DNA from: Thermococcus indicus
GTDB lineage: Archaea; Methanobacteriota_B; Thermococci; Thermococcales; Thermococcaceae
Length of the DNA: 32,000 bases
NCBI RefSeq assembly: GCF_006274605.1
Contig: NZ_CP040846.1
Location: 1,029,041-1,061,040 of the forward strand
Direction of reading: 5' to 3'
The position numbers and the translations under genes were made by a program. Below the pieces are notes generated by a model, which saw only the letters and a program-made list of their open reading frames with translations, did no database searches and was not told the DNA's origin. Shown here in pieces: positions 1-8,966 of the stretch (the first letter of the stretch is position 1; the number at the start of each line of letters is the position of its first letter).

Positions 1-209
1 TAGAGGTAGTATCTGAAGGGTCTTTCATCGCCGAGCTTGTCTCCTATCCCCTTGAGCGCCACTAGTATGAGTATGGCTCCGACGAGAGATAACGACCCAC
101 TCAGTGCTCCGACGTACGGGATAACTCCAGTAAATCCGCCCACGAGTCCCAGGATGGACCCTACAAGGCCGAGGGTTCTCTCGCTCTTAACGTCAACCCC
201 CACATGCAT
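1..209 (-). CDS. Partial small integral membrane protein (DUF996-like); only the N-terminal part is in the window, and the gene runs off the left edge
   Basis: From ATG at 209-207 the reverse strand reads MHVGVDVKSERTLGLVGSILGLVGGFTGVIPYVGALSGSLSLVGAILILVALKGIGDKLGDERPFRYYL, with no stop before position 1. It has Gly-rich TM helices, and a TTTTATA-like box lies at 219-226. It is absent from the ORF track because it is truncated. Confidence 0.45.
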   Translation of the reverse strand, partial: MHVGVDVKSERTLGLVGSILGLVGGFTGVIPYVGALSGSLSLVGAILILVALKGIGDKLGDERPFRYYL

Positions 210-237
210 CACCGGGTTGTATAAAACCTTGCTTCCT

Positions 238-272
238 AAAAAAGTTTACGATTGGAAGGGAAAAGAGAAAGG
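238..272 (-). terminator. Oligo-T terminator zone downstream of mbxN
   Basis: On the minus strand, directly after the mbxN stop (276-274), the sequence reads CCCTTTCTCTTTTCCC followed by a T6 run (complement of A6 at 238-243). This is the archaeal oligo-T termination pattern. Confidence 0.4.
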
Positions 273-273
273 G

Positions 274-1020
274 TCACTCCTTCTTCTCGTCGGGCTTTGC
301 CTGGGCCTTTTCTTCGGTCTTCTCTGGGGCTTTCTCAGCAGGCTTCTCTTCCTTCTTTTCGGCAGGTTTGGCGGCCTCTTTCTTCTCCGGAGCCTTGGCA
401 GGCTTCGCAGGTGGCTTGGCCGGCGTCGGCTTCTTGGGTGGCCTCAGACCGTAGCCGAGTATCTTGAACTCTATGGTTGAGCCGTCGCGGAGGTGGTAGA
501 TGTGCGTACCGTCCTCCTTCTTCTCTATCCTCTCAACGGGGAAGCGGTAGTCCCTGAACTTCTCGTTGAGCTCCTTGACCTTCTTCGGGTCTATGGGTAC
601 CCAGTCGTAGAGCTCCAGGTCCTCCTCAAGACCGCCGGTGGTGAGGTAGTAGTTCTCGGTGAAGTCGAGGGCACCGGTCGGGCAGACGTCCACACAGAAC
701 TGGCAGAATGTACAGCGGCCGTAGTCCACCTTCGGGTGCGGCCTCTTCTCCATCTTGCCGTCCACTTCTATCCAGGTCATCTCTATGGCTCTGGCGGGGC
801 ATATCTGGCCGCAGAAGTTACAGCCGACGCAGGTCTTCCAGTTCAGCGTGTGGAATCCCCTGTACTTCGGTGCCGGCTCTATCTTCTCGAAGGGTATCTT
901 TATCGTGACCGGCTTCTTGAAGAGGTACTTGATGCCCATCCATGGCTTGACGAATGACTTCTTGAGCTTGACCTTCTCCTCGCCGACGACCCTAACCTTT
1001 GGCTTCTCAACGCTCTCCAT
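274..1020 (-). CDS. mbxN: Mbx/MBS subunit N (NuoI-like 2x[4Fe-4S] ferredoxin subunit) with a Lys/Pro/Glu/Ala-rich C-terminal tail
   Basis: It carries two ferredoxin motifs, CVGCNFCGQICP and CTFCQFCVDVCP, and is the last gene of the cluster. I chose the ATG at 1020 behind AGGTGA. GTG 1029 and ATG 1026 are alternative starts. Confidence 0.85.
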   Translation of the reverse strand: MESVEKPKVRVVGEEKVKLKKSFVKPWMGIKYLFKKPVTIKIPFEKIEPAPKYRGFHTLNWKTCVGCNFCGQICPARAIEMTWIEVDGKMEKRPHPKVDYGRCTFCQFCVDVCPTGALDFTENYYLTTGGLEEDLELYDWVPIDPKKVKELNEKFRDYRFPVERIEKKEDGTHIYHLRDGSTIEFKILGYGLRPPKKPTPAKPPAKPAKAPEKKEAAKPAEKKEEKPAEKAPEKTEEKAQAKPDEKKE

Positions 1021-1025
1021 CTTCA

Positions 1026-2216
1026 TCACCTGTCTATGTCCGGCGGGCAGTTGTCAAGGGTCTTCAGGATGACCGGCACGTCCGCAAGGCGGGCCCCCTT
1101 GAGCAACTCCTCAAGCACGGTAACACCGTGACTCTGGCTCGGTCCGCGAACGTGGACGCGGTAGGGCTTGTGGGTTCCATCGCTGACGACGTAGGCACCG
1201 AAGTCGCCCTTAGTGCTCTCCACGTGCGCGTAAGCGTCTCCCTTCGGCGGCTTGAACCTCGGCAGGGCCTTGAGCCTGGCGTCCTTCACCATGTACGGTC
1301 CGCTCGGTGGCCCCATGTCGAGGAGCTGCTCGAGGATGTAGAGGTCCTGCTCCATCTCGTACCTCCTCACGAGTACCCTGGCCAGGCTGTCGCCCTCCTT
1401 AAGCACCGGAACCTCGAACTCGAGCTCGGGGTAGAACAGATACGGGTCGTCCTTCCTGACGTCGTAGGGAACTCCGGTAGCGCGGAGGTTCGGACCGGTC
1501 ACTGCGTGCTTCAGGGCGAACTTTCTGTCCATCACACCGACGCCTTCAGTCCTCTCGAAGGTGATGTAGTTGTCGAAGAGTATCTCATCGAAGTCCTTGA
1601 GCTTGCCTTTGATGTACTCGACGGTGTCCCTGAGCTGGCGGAGCCACTTGTCGCCGGGTATGTCTCTCCTGACTCCTCCTGGCACGGTGTAGATGTGGTA
1701 AACCCTTCCTCCGGTCAGCTCCTCAAAGAGGCGCATGAACCTCTCACGGTAGGCAGCTGCCCACTGGCCGGCGGTGTAGAGGCCTATCTCGTTTCCAAAG
1801 CCCATTATCCAGAACATCCACGCACTCATCCTGGCCATCTCGAGGACTACCGTCCTTATCCACTGGGCCCTCTCGGGAACCTCCCAGCCGACTATCTCAT
1901 CAACGGCCATGGAGTAGATGTTCTCCGGCACATCGCTCTCTGGAACACAAATACGAAGGAGCAAGGCGATGTTGGTGAAGTAGGGCCTCTGCTCTGCGAG
2001 CTTCTCGAATCCCCTGTGGAGGAAACCCGGGTTGACGATGGCCTTCTCCACCCTGTTGCCGTCCATCTTGAGGATTATGCTGAAGTTCTCTGTCGCCATG
2101 TGCTGCGGACCGAAGAACAGCTCGTAGGTATCCTTGTCAATTGGGTGAAGGTACATGTCGTGTGCCTTTGCCTCTTTCTTAAGCTCCTTCGGGACTTCCA
2201 AATTCGCCATGATCAT
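1026..2216 (-). CDS. mbxL: Mbx/MBS subunit L (NuoD / [NiFe]-hydrogenase large-subunit-like catalytic subunit lacking the full NiFe Cys set)
   Basis: It is NuoD-like over its full length. The N-terminal motif reads RICVPES instead of RxCGxC, and the C-terminal motif reads DNCPPDIDR instead of DPCxxC. Only 2 of the 4 NiFe cysteines are therefore present. The start is ambiguous (GTG 2219, ATG 2216 or ATG 2210). Confidence 0.9.
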   Translation of the reverse strand: MIMANLEVPKELKKEAKAHDMYLHPIDKDTYELFFGPQHMATENFSIILKMDGNRVEKAIVNPGFLHRGFEKLAEQRPYFTNIALLLRICVPESDVPENIYSMAVDEIVGWEVPERAQWIRTVVLEMARMSAWMFWIMGFGNEIGLYTAGQWAAAYRERFMRLFEELTGGRVYHIYTVPGGVRRDIPGDKWLRQLRDTVEYIKGKLKDFDEILFDNYITFERTEGVGVMDRKFALKHAVTGPNLRATGVPYDVRKDDPYLFYPELEFEVPVLKEGDSLARVLVRRYEMEQDLYILEQLLDMGPPSGPYMVKDARLKALPRFKPPKGDAYAHVESTKGDFGAYVVSDGTHKPYRVHVRGPSQSHGVTVLEELLKGARLADVPVILKTLDNCPPDIDR

Positions 2217-2220
2217 CACC

Positions 2221-2820
2221 TCATATCACGTAGTTGGTCTTGCTCTCGTCGTATCTGTCGAAATCCTCGCCGTAGATCATCTTGACGTAGCCTATCATGT
2301 TGAAGTCCTTCCTGAGCGGGTGCTTCTCGTGCTCCCTCGGCTCGAGGATGAACGGACCGAGCCTCGGGTTGCCCTCGAATATTATACCGAAGAACTCGTG
2401 GGCCTCCCTCTCGTAGGTCTCTGCAACCGGCCAGATGTCCATGACGGTCGGCATCTTCGCGTTTTCTCTGGGTATCCTCGTCCTCACGAAGGCGTGAGTG
2501 GTTTCGCTTACGCTCCAGAGCTGGTAGACGAGCTCGAACTCACCCTCCTTGAGCCAGTCGACGACGCTTATCTGGATGAGCATCTCGAACTTCTCACTCG
2601 CGAGCTCAAGGAACTCCTTTATTCTGTCCGCGGGAACTTTGAACTCAACGCGTCTCTCGCGTCTGACGTTGCCCTCGGCGTAGGGTGCCTTCTCGAGCAC
2701 CTCCGCGACGAGCTTTCCCTCCCTGGTGTCGGGGAGCTTTGGAGTCTCCACTTCCGGAACCTCCTGGGGCTTCTGCTCCTCAACTTTCTCCTCGACCTTG
2801 GGCTTCCCGTTCATATCCAT
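2221..2820 (-). CDS. mbxK: Mbx/MBS subunit K (NuoC-like)
   Basis: It has a NuoC/30-kDa-subunit-like core (…VDWLKEGEFELVYQLWS…EREAHEFFGI…) and sits between the NuoB-like and NuoD-like genes. I chose the ATG at 2820 behind AGGAGGTGG. The track start at 2853 would overlap mbxJ by 43 nt. Confidence 0.8.
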   Translation of the reverse strand: MDMNGKPKVEEKVEEQKPQEVPEVETPKLPDTREGKLVAEVLEKAPYAEGNVRRERRVEFKVPADRIKEFLELASEKFEMLIQISVVDWLKEGEFELVYQLWSVSETTHAFVRTRIPRENAKMPTVMDIWPVAETYEREAHEFFGIIFEGNPRLGPFILEPREHEKHPLRKDFNMIGYVKMIYGEDFDRYDESKTNYVI

Positions 2821-3401
2821 GCCAGCCACCTCCTGGCGTCCTTCTCGCGCCATCCTTCTCCAAACAGCTCGTCCTGATTCTTCCGGTAGTACTCGTAGTT
2901 CTCCCTATAGCGCTTCCAGCCGTCGGCGGTTCCGTCCTCTATCTTGCGCATTATCTCCATTATTCCGTCCATGACTGCTTCAGCCCTCGGCATGCAGCCG
3001 GCTATGGCAACGTCAACCGGCAGGTACTTGTCGAACTGCTTGACCACGTTGTAGGAGTCCCAGTAAACGCCGCCGTTTATCGGGCATGAGCCGTGTATCA
3101 TGACGTACTTGGGATCCTGCATCATCTCGTAGGTTATGATTATCCTCTTGAGGGTCTTGGGGGTGACGTAGCCCGTGATGAGGAAGAGGTCACCCATCCT
3201 CGGTGCGGGATTCGGCATTATTCCGAAGCGCTCGAAGTCGTATCTGGCGGTGGCCAGCGGCGGCATCTCGATACCGCCGCATCCGGTACAGAACGCCACT
3301 ATCCAGAGGCTCTTCTTCCTGGCCCACTTGAACAGGGGCTCAAAGAGCTTGAACTCCTGGAGCTCGTAGCTTACGAAATCGTCATTCTTCCTCTCGCTCA
3401 T
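2811..3401 (-). CDS. mbxJ: Mbx/MBS subunit J (NuoB-like, proximal [4Fe-4S] subunit)
   Basis: It shows the NuoB-type Cys pattern FCTGCGGIE … GSCPINGG … AGCMPR. The ATG at 3401 lies 7 nt after GGTGA. GTG 3410 and ATG 3407 are alternative starts. Confidence 0.85.
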   Translation of the reverse strand: MSERKNDDFVSYELQEFKLFEPLFKWARKKSLWIVAFCTGCGGIEMPPLATARYDFERFGIMPNPAPRMGDLFLITGYVTPKTLKRIIITYEMMQDPKYVMIHGSCPINGGVYWDSYNVVKQFDKYLPVDVAIAGCMPRAEAVMDGIMEIMRKIEDGTADGWKRYRENYEYYRKNQDELFGEGWREKDARRWLAWI

Positions 3402-3411
3402 CCACATCACC

Positions 3412-4305
3412 TCACACCGTCAGGAGCACGGCTATTATTCCCAGTATGGTCGGCCACTTCCAGAAGAACTTGGCCGCCTGGTCTATGGTGAACCTCGGGT
3501 AGATGCTGGCCACGAATATCGCTATGAAGAGCACCGCTATCTGCTTGACCAGCAGCTCGAGCAGGTTGCTCGCACCGCCGAGGAAGAGTACGGCGAAGAA
3601 GGCGGTCTCTGCGAAGAGCTGAACGGCGTGCTGGGTGAAGAGCAGTGCCGCGTGCTTGCCGCCGTACTCGACCATCGGTCCCATGGAGATTTCCGCCGGG
3701 GCGGTGATGATGTCGAACGGCTCCAGTCCGAGCATCGCCTGGAAGACTATGTCAAAGACTATCAGGGCGAGGAGCAGTGCAGGAACGAGAATGCTCCATC
3801 CCTGGGTCTGCTGGAGGGCCACTATCTCACTGAGCTTGAAGGTGCCCCAGTGCTGGATGAGGGCTATCAGCGCCAGGCCGTAGGGCAGCTGCATGGCCAC
3901 CATGGTGAGCAGACCACGCTGGACACCGACCGCTGAGTACGGGTTGCCCGAGCTCATGGCACCGAGCATTATGCCGAGCATCGGTACCTCAAGGAGGTAG
4001 GCGACGACGATGAGGTCTGCGTTGGCGCTGAAGAGCTGGAAGTTGGCGAGGGGGATGAAGAGGAGCGCAGCTATGCTGGCCCCAAGCGCGAATATCGGTC
4101 CGAAGTCGTAGATGAAGCCGTGGGTAACGCTCTCCTTTTTGCCGAGGAGCTTGAGGGTGTCTATTATCGGCTGGTATATTGGAGGTCCGACGCGTCTCTG
4201 TATCCTGGCCATTGCCTTTCTCTCAATGCCCATGAAGATGAAGCCCATGAAGGTGGCGTATATCAGCATTCCTATGACTTCAAGCACAAGTTTCCAGTCT
4301 ATCAT
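3412..4305 (-). CDS. mbxM: Mbx/MBS subunit M (NuoH-like membrane subunit)
   Basis: It is a 297-aa polytopic membrane protein with NuoH-like sequence. Its start abuts the mbxH' stop (TGAATG junction at 4303-4308). Confidence 0.85.
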   Translation of the reverse strand: MIDWKLVLEVIGMLIYATFMGFIFMGIERKAMARIQRRVGPPIYQPIIDTLKLLGKKESVTHGFIYDFGPIFALGASIAALLFIPLANFQLFSANADLIVVAYLLEVPMLGIMLGAMSSGNPYSAVGVQRGLLTMVAMQLPYGLALIALIQHWGTFKLSEIVALQQTQGWSILVPALLLALIVFDIVFQAMLGLEPFDIITAPAEISMGPMVEYGGKHAALLFTQHAVQLFAETAFFAVLFLGGASNLLELLVKQIAVLFIAIFVASIYPRFTIDQAAKFFWKWPTILGIIAVLLTV

Positions 4306-6150
4306 TCACAGCACCCCCCACAGCGCGAGTATAAGGAGCACTATCACCAGATACCATGAGTAGCTCTGGACGTTTCCGTTGTAGAACGCCTGCCTGAGAG
4401 AGTCCGCGAAGTCCTCCGCCATGCCCGCTAGCCTCTCGTAGAACCTGTCGAAGCTCCTCTTGAGCCAGAAGTCGAGGGCCTCGGCGAGTGGCCTGTAGAA
4501 GTTCTTCCTGATGCTCAGGTTGAACTCCTCAGTAACAGGGTTACCGGACTGGTAGGTGTTGGTCACGCTTATCCTCCTCACCTTTGCGCCGTAGAGGTAT
4601 ATCAGCCCGGCTATGGCGAGGCCTATCGTGAGGACTATCGTCACGAGCAGGGCGTTGTAGGTTCCGGTCGGGGTAACGAGCTTGTAGTAGTCACCGCCGA
4701 CTACCTCTCCACCGAGCATCTTGTTGATGTACCCCGTGACCAGGCCCGGAGCCACACCGAAGAGCAGGTTCGGGATGGCCAGTATGGCCATGGCTATCAG
4801 GAGCGGAAGCGGGGCCTCCTTGACGTCCTCAAGGTCGCTCGGCCTCTGGCCGAACCAGACTGAGTAGAGGAACCTGACAACGTAGGCAAAGGCCAGACCG
4901 CTTCCGAGGAATATTGCACCAGCGACGAGTGGCATGTGGGCGCTTATCGCTGCCTCGTAGATGAGCCACTTGCTGGCGAAGCCTGCCAGCGGCGGGATTC
5001 CCGAAAGGCTCAGCACCGCTATGAGGCCCATCGCGAAGGTGAAGGGCATCTTCTCGGCAAGGCCGCCCATGTCCTTGAACTGGGTCTTGCCGGTCTGGAG
5101 GATTATGGCGGCCGTGACGAGCCAGAAGAGGCCCTTGAAGACCGCGTGGCTGAGCACGTGGAAGAGGCCTCCCGCGAATCCCAGGGTGCTTCCGAGGCCG
5201 AAGGCGAGCAGTATGTAGCCGACCTGGCCAACGGAGGAGTAGGCAAAGAGCTTCCTGATGTCCTCCTGAAGCACGGCCAGGAAGCTGGCTACCACGACGG
5301 TGATGGCGCCTATCCAGGCGATTATGTACGCGAAGACCAGGTGGTTGTGGAAGGTTCCGAAGGCGGCGTAGAGCTTGTAGCCCATGAGGATGTAGAGCAG
5401 GAGGAAACCGTAGGCTCCCGCCTTGCTGAGGGCGCCGCTGAAGAAAGCGGTGTAGCTCTGGTCGGTCTCGCTGTAAGCACCGGGCGCCCAGACGTGGAGC
5501 GGGAAGGCACCTGCCTTGACGCCGAAGGCGGTCAGGAAGAGACCGAATATCACTGCCATCTCCCTGGTCGTTATGGTGCCCATGGCGGCGTCCATGTAGA
5601 GCGCCTGCCGGATGGATGCAAAGTCAAGGGCACCGGTCTTGGCGTAGAGCATTCCGATGGCTATGAGCATGGCGTAGGCGCCTATGACGCTGAGCACGAA
5701 GTACTTGAGGGACTCGTGCCTGTTCCTCCTGAGCACCATCATGAAGCTGGCAAAGGTCATGAGCTCCCAGAGCAGGAAGAAGCCCACGAAGTCCTGGCTC
5801 AGGAAGACGCCGAGCACTCCCGTGAAGCTCATCAGGGCGAAGAGCCAGTCGTAGCTCTCCCTCGATGTGACGGCCATTCCGAAGGCCATCGCGAGGCCGA
5901 CAAGGGAAGCGACGGCCGCGAAGTACCAGCTCATGGTGTTGAGCTGGAACTGGAGGGTGAACCCGCTGACTGTGAGCGAGTACTCGACCGGCTCGCTGAG
6001 GACGGTCGAGTAAAGCTTGGCCAGCATGGCCAGAGGTACGGCGGCACCGATGATGCCGATTCCCTCCCTGAGACCCCTGATGTCAAGCGCCCACGCGATG
6101 ACACCGGCAATCAGGGGCGCGAGGAGGATGATAAGCAGCTCGTTAATCAT
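4306..6150 (-). CDS. mbxH': Mbx/MBS subunit H' (second MrpA/MrpD/NuoL-like antiporter-type subunit)
   Basis: It is a 614-aa polytopic protein with proton-antiporter-type (NuoL/M/N, MrpA/D) sequence. Having a second H-type subunit is what distinguishes Mbx/MBS from Mbh. It overlaps mbxH by 4 nt. Confidence 0.85.
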   Translation of the reverse strand: MINELLIILLAPLIAGVIAWALDIRGLREGIGIIGAAVPLAMLAKLYSTVLSEPVEYSLTVSGFTLQFQLNTMSWYFAAVASLVGLAMAFGMAVTSRESYDWLFALMSFTGVLGVFLSQDFVGFFLLWELMTFASFMMVLRRNRHESLKYFVLSVIGAYAMLIAIGMLYAKTGALDFASIRQALYMDAAMGTITTREMAVIFGLFLTAFGVKAGAFPLHVWAPGAYSETDQSYTAFFSGALSKAGAYGFLLLYILMGYKLYAAFGTFHNHLVFAYIIAWIGAITVVVASFLAVLQEDIRKLFAYSSVGQVGYILLAFGLGSTLGFAGGLFHVLSHAVFKGLFWLVTAAIILQTGKTQFKDMGGLAEKMPFTFAMGLIAVLSLSGIPPLAGFASKWLIYEAAISAHMPLVAGAIFLGSGLAFAYVVRFLYSVWFGQRPSDLEDVKEAPLPLLIAMAILAIPNLLFGVAPGLVTGYINKMLGGEVVGGDYYKLVTPTGTYNALLVTIVLTIGLAIAGLIYLYGAKVRRISVTNTYQSGNPVTEEFNLSIRKNFYRPLAEALDFWLKRSFDRFYERLAGMAEDFADSLRQAFYNGNVQSYSWYLVIVLLILALWGVL

Positions 6151-7634
6151 GCTCCCACCCCCATCAGTGGAACGTTCTTAATGTACTGGGCCACATTGAA
6201 GATGTCGTTTCCAGCCTTCTGGGCGATGCTCCAGGCGTAGTCGGGGTAAACGCCTATGACTATCACGAGGGCCGCGAGGAAGAGCAGCATGAGGCTGACG
6301 GCAAGTCCCTCGTTTATCCTCTCGCCCTCTCCGGCGAACCACATCCTGTGTATCAGCCTGAAGTAATAGACCGCCTCGACGACGCTGGCCGTCAGGACGA
6401 CCGCGGCGGCCCAGGCGTAGTCCGCGCCGATGGCGGCGAGGAGGATTCTGAGCTTGCTCCAGAATATGTTGAACAGCGGTATTCCCACGGCGGCCACCGC
6501 TCCGACGGTTATGGCGAAAGCTGTTAAGGGCATCCTCTTTCCAAGGCCCTCGAACCTCTCCATCTCCGCCCCGCCGAGGGTAACCGCGACGTGCCCGACG
6601 GCGAGGAACAGGAGGGCCTTGACTATGGCGTGGTTCACCATGTGGAAGACTCCGGCATCGACGCCGCTCTGGGTTCCGAGGGCGAAGGCCAACCCAATGA
6701 GGCCTATCTGGGCTATACTGGAGTAGGCTATCATCCTCTTGACGTTTCTCTGCCTAAGCGCCGCGAACTCGGCGACGAAGACGGTGAGGGTGGCCATTAT
6801 TACAAGCAGCCTGAGGACGCCCTGCCAGCTCTCGACGGCCTGCATGAGGTAGAGTATCCTGGCCATCGCGTAGAGGCCCGCCTTGACGACGAAGGCCGAG
6901 AACATGGCCGTTATCGGGTGCGGCGCGGCCTGGTATGCATCTGGTGCCCAGGCGTTGAGCGGGAAGAGCTCGGCCTCAACGGCCAGGCCGAAGACTATGA
7001 GCGCCAGCCCGACCTGGGCGACGGTGGCGTTCATTCCGCCGGCGAGCTGGGCTATCTGGGCCATGTTGAGGGTTCCGAGCGAGCCGTAGATGAGGGCTAT
7101 GCCGATGAGGAAGAAGCTTGAGCCTATCCCTCCGAGGACTATGTACTTCATTGAAGCCTCCGCCGCCTCGCCGGTCTTGTTGTAGGCGGTTAATGCGTAG
7201 GCGCTTATTGCCGTTATCTCCATGAAGACGAAGAGGTTGAAGATGTCTCCCGTCGCTATCATGCCGGTGGCTCCGAGCATCAGCAGGAGGAACAGCATGG
7301 CGTATTTGTCTATCGGCTCGACCTCGATTGCCCTGAGGCTGAAGACGGCCATCATGAAGCTGACCACGGCAACGATGAGCACGAACAGCGCCGCGAAGTG
7401 GCCGATGTAGAGGTTGATTCCAACGGGCGGTCTCCAGGCGCCGGCCATGACTATTATCGGCTGTCCGGTGGTGTAAACCTGCTGGAAGATCCACGCCGCG
7501 ATTCCGGTCTGGACTGCGGTGACGGCTATGAGGTAGTACTTAACGGCCTTCTTTCCGGCGCCCTTTATCAGGGGCACGAAGAAGGCGCTTATGAGGGGCA
7601 ATGCTATGAGGAGTGAAGCGTACTGCCCGTTCAT
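6147..7634 (-). CDS. mbxH: Mbx/MBS subunit H (MrpD/NuoN-like antiporter-type subunit)
   Basis: It is a 495-aa polytopic antiporter-like protein with 4-nt overlaps to both neighbouring genes. Confidence 0.85.
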   Translation of the reverse strand: MNGQYASLLIALPLISAFFVPLIKGAGKKAVKYYLIAVTAVQTGIAAWIFQQVYTTGQPIIVMAGAWRPPVGINLYIGHFAALFVLIVAVVSFMMAVFSLRAIEVEPIDKYAMLFLLLMLGATGMIATGDIFNLFVFMEITAISAYALTAYNKTGEAAEASMKYIVLGGIGSSFFLIGIALIYGSLGTLNMAQIAQLAGGMNATVAQVGLALIVFGLAVEAELFPLNAWAPDAYQAAPHPITAMFSAFVVKAGLYAMARILYLMQAVESWQGVLRLLVIMATLTVFVAEFAALRQRNVKRMIAYSSIAQIGLIGLAFALGTQSGVDAGVFHMVNHAIVKALLFLAVGHVAVTLGGAEMERFEGLGKRMPLTAFAITVGAVAAVGIPLFNIFWSKLRILLAAIGADYAWAAAVVLTASVVEAVYYFRLIHRMWFAGEGERINEGLAVSLMLLFLAALVIVIGVYPDYAWSIAQKAGNDIFNVAQYIKNVPLMGVGA

Positions 7635-7975
7635 CCTCTCAACCTCCTTATTTCCTCAACGTTAAGGGTTCCGTACTTCTCGTGGAGTATCATGGCGACG
7701 CTAAGGGCCATGGCGGTGGTGGCAACGCCTATGACTATTGCCGTGAGAACCAGCGCCTGGGGAATCGGATCGACGGCCTGGTTAGGCCCGATTCCCTCGC
7801 TCAGTATGGGCGCGCTCCTTCCGGCAACGTAGCCGACGCTGACCAGGAGGAGGTTCACGCCGGTCTCCATTATGCTGAGTCCGATGAGCATCTTAAGGAG
7901 GTTCTTCTTAACGAGGACCGCGTAGAGGCCTATCAGTATGAGGGAGATGGCACCGAAGTAGTAGACTGAAATCAT
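7631..7975 (-). CDS. mbxG: Mbx/MBS subunit G (MrpC/NuoK-like)
   Basis: It is a 114-aa three-TM protein of NuoK/MnhC type, in the conserved position in the cluster. Confidence 0.8.
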   Translation of the reverse strand: MISVYYFGAISLILIGLYAVLVKKNLLKMLIGLSIMETGVNLLLVSVGYVAGRSAPILSEGIGPNQAVDPIPQALVLTAIVIGVATTAMALSVAMILHEKYGTLNVEEIRRLRG

Positions 7976-8679
7976 TTGCTCACCTCCTCCTTGAGCATGT
8001 TGTCGATGATTCCGCTCAGCTCGGTGCCGACCTTGAGGCCGATGATGGTGTAGATTATGGGGATGAATCCTCCGCTGAGGAGCCTGCCGATGTTGTCAAC
8101 GCCGAAGCCCCAGTCCTGCCATATCCAGTCGTAGAGGAAGTAGCCACCTATGGCGAGGCCTATGAGGCCGACGAGCACGTAGGCCATTCCGACCGCACCC
8201 TCGGTCTTCTCGAAGGCCTTGTGTGGTATCTCGTAGGTGGTAAAGGCCATGTAGAGCAGCAGGAACGCGGTTGCTATGGTGGCTCCGCCGGGGAATCCTC
8301 CACCTGGGGTGAGGTGTCCGTGGATGAAGATGTACGCACCGAAGAGCATCACAAACGGCACGAGGAGCCTGGTTCCGGTCGTGAGAACTATCGAGCCCTC
8401 GGTCTTGGCGGTCCTCTGCTTCTTCCTCCTCCAGAGGAGAGCACCCACGCCGGTTGAGGCTATGAACAGAACCGTGACCTCACCGAGGGTATCGAATCCA
8501 CGGTAGTTAACGACTATTGCGGTGACGGCGTTGACCGCGCCGGTCTGTTCCTTAACGTGGTCAAGGTAGTACTGGGCAACGAGCATCCTGTCCTGCCCGA
8601 AGGGAACTCCGGCGAGTCCCTGGGCTATCCAGTAGCCTATGAGGAGCAGGGAAATTATCGCGAGCGCACGCTTGAGCAT
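7972..8679 (-). CDS. mbxF: Mbx/MBS subunit F (MrpB-like membrane subunit)
   Basis: It is a MnhB-like polytopic protein. The ATG at 8679 follows GGTGAGGTGGTG and lies 2 nt after the mbxD stop. The track start at 8697 is a GTG inside mbxD. Confidence 0.8.
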   Translation of the reverse strand: MLKRALAIISLLLIGYWIAQGLAGVPFGQDRMLVAQYYLDHVKEQTGAVNAVTAIVVNYRGFDTLGEVTVLFIASTGVGALLWRRKKQRTAKTEGSIVLTTGTRLLVPFVMLFGAYIFIHGHLTPGGGFPGGATIATAFLLLYMAFTTYEIPHKAFEKTEGAVGMAYVLVGLIGLAIGGYFLYDWIWQDWGFGVDNIGRLLSGGFIPIIYTIIGLKVGTELSGIIDNMLKEEVSK

Positions 8680-8681
8680 TT

Positions 8682-8966
8682 TCACCACCTCACCCACCAG
8701 CCGGGCTTCTCCTCTTCCTCGGTCTCAAAGCGCTGGGTTCTTTTGATGGCAAAGATGAATATCGCACCGCTGAGCGCTGCGCCTATGGCAGCCTCTGTCA
8801 TCGCAACGTCCGGGGCCTGCAGCATGAAGAACAGCAGCGAGGCGAAGAGACTCACCGCCGCCATTCCAACCGCCGCCGCCAGGAGGTCCCTCCACTCGAC
8901 GGCAAGTACTGCGGAGATTATCATTATGCCCACTATCAGGTACTCGATAAGTGCTATGCCGTTCAT
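8682..8966 (-). CDS. mbxD: Mbx/MBS subunit D (small MbhD/MrpB-N-like membrane subunit)
   Basis: It is a 94-aa protein with about three TM helices, in the conserved position, and overlaps mbxC by 4 nt. Confidence 0.75.
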   Translation of the reverse strand: MNGIALIEYLIVGIMIISAVLAVEWRDLLAAAVGMAAVSLFASLLFFMLQAPDVAMTEAAIGAALSGAIFIFAIKRTQRFETEEEEKPGWWVRW

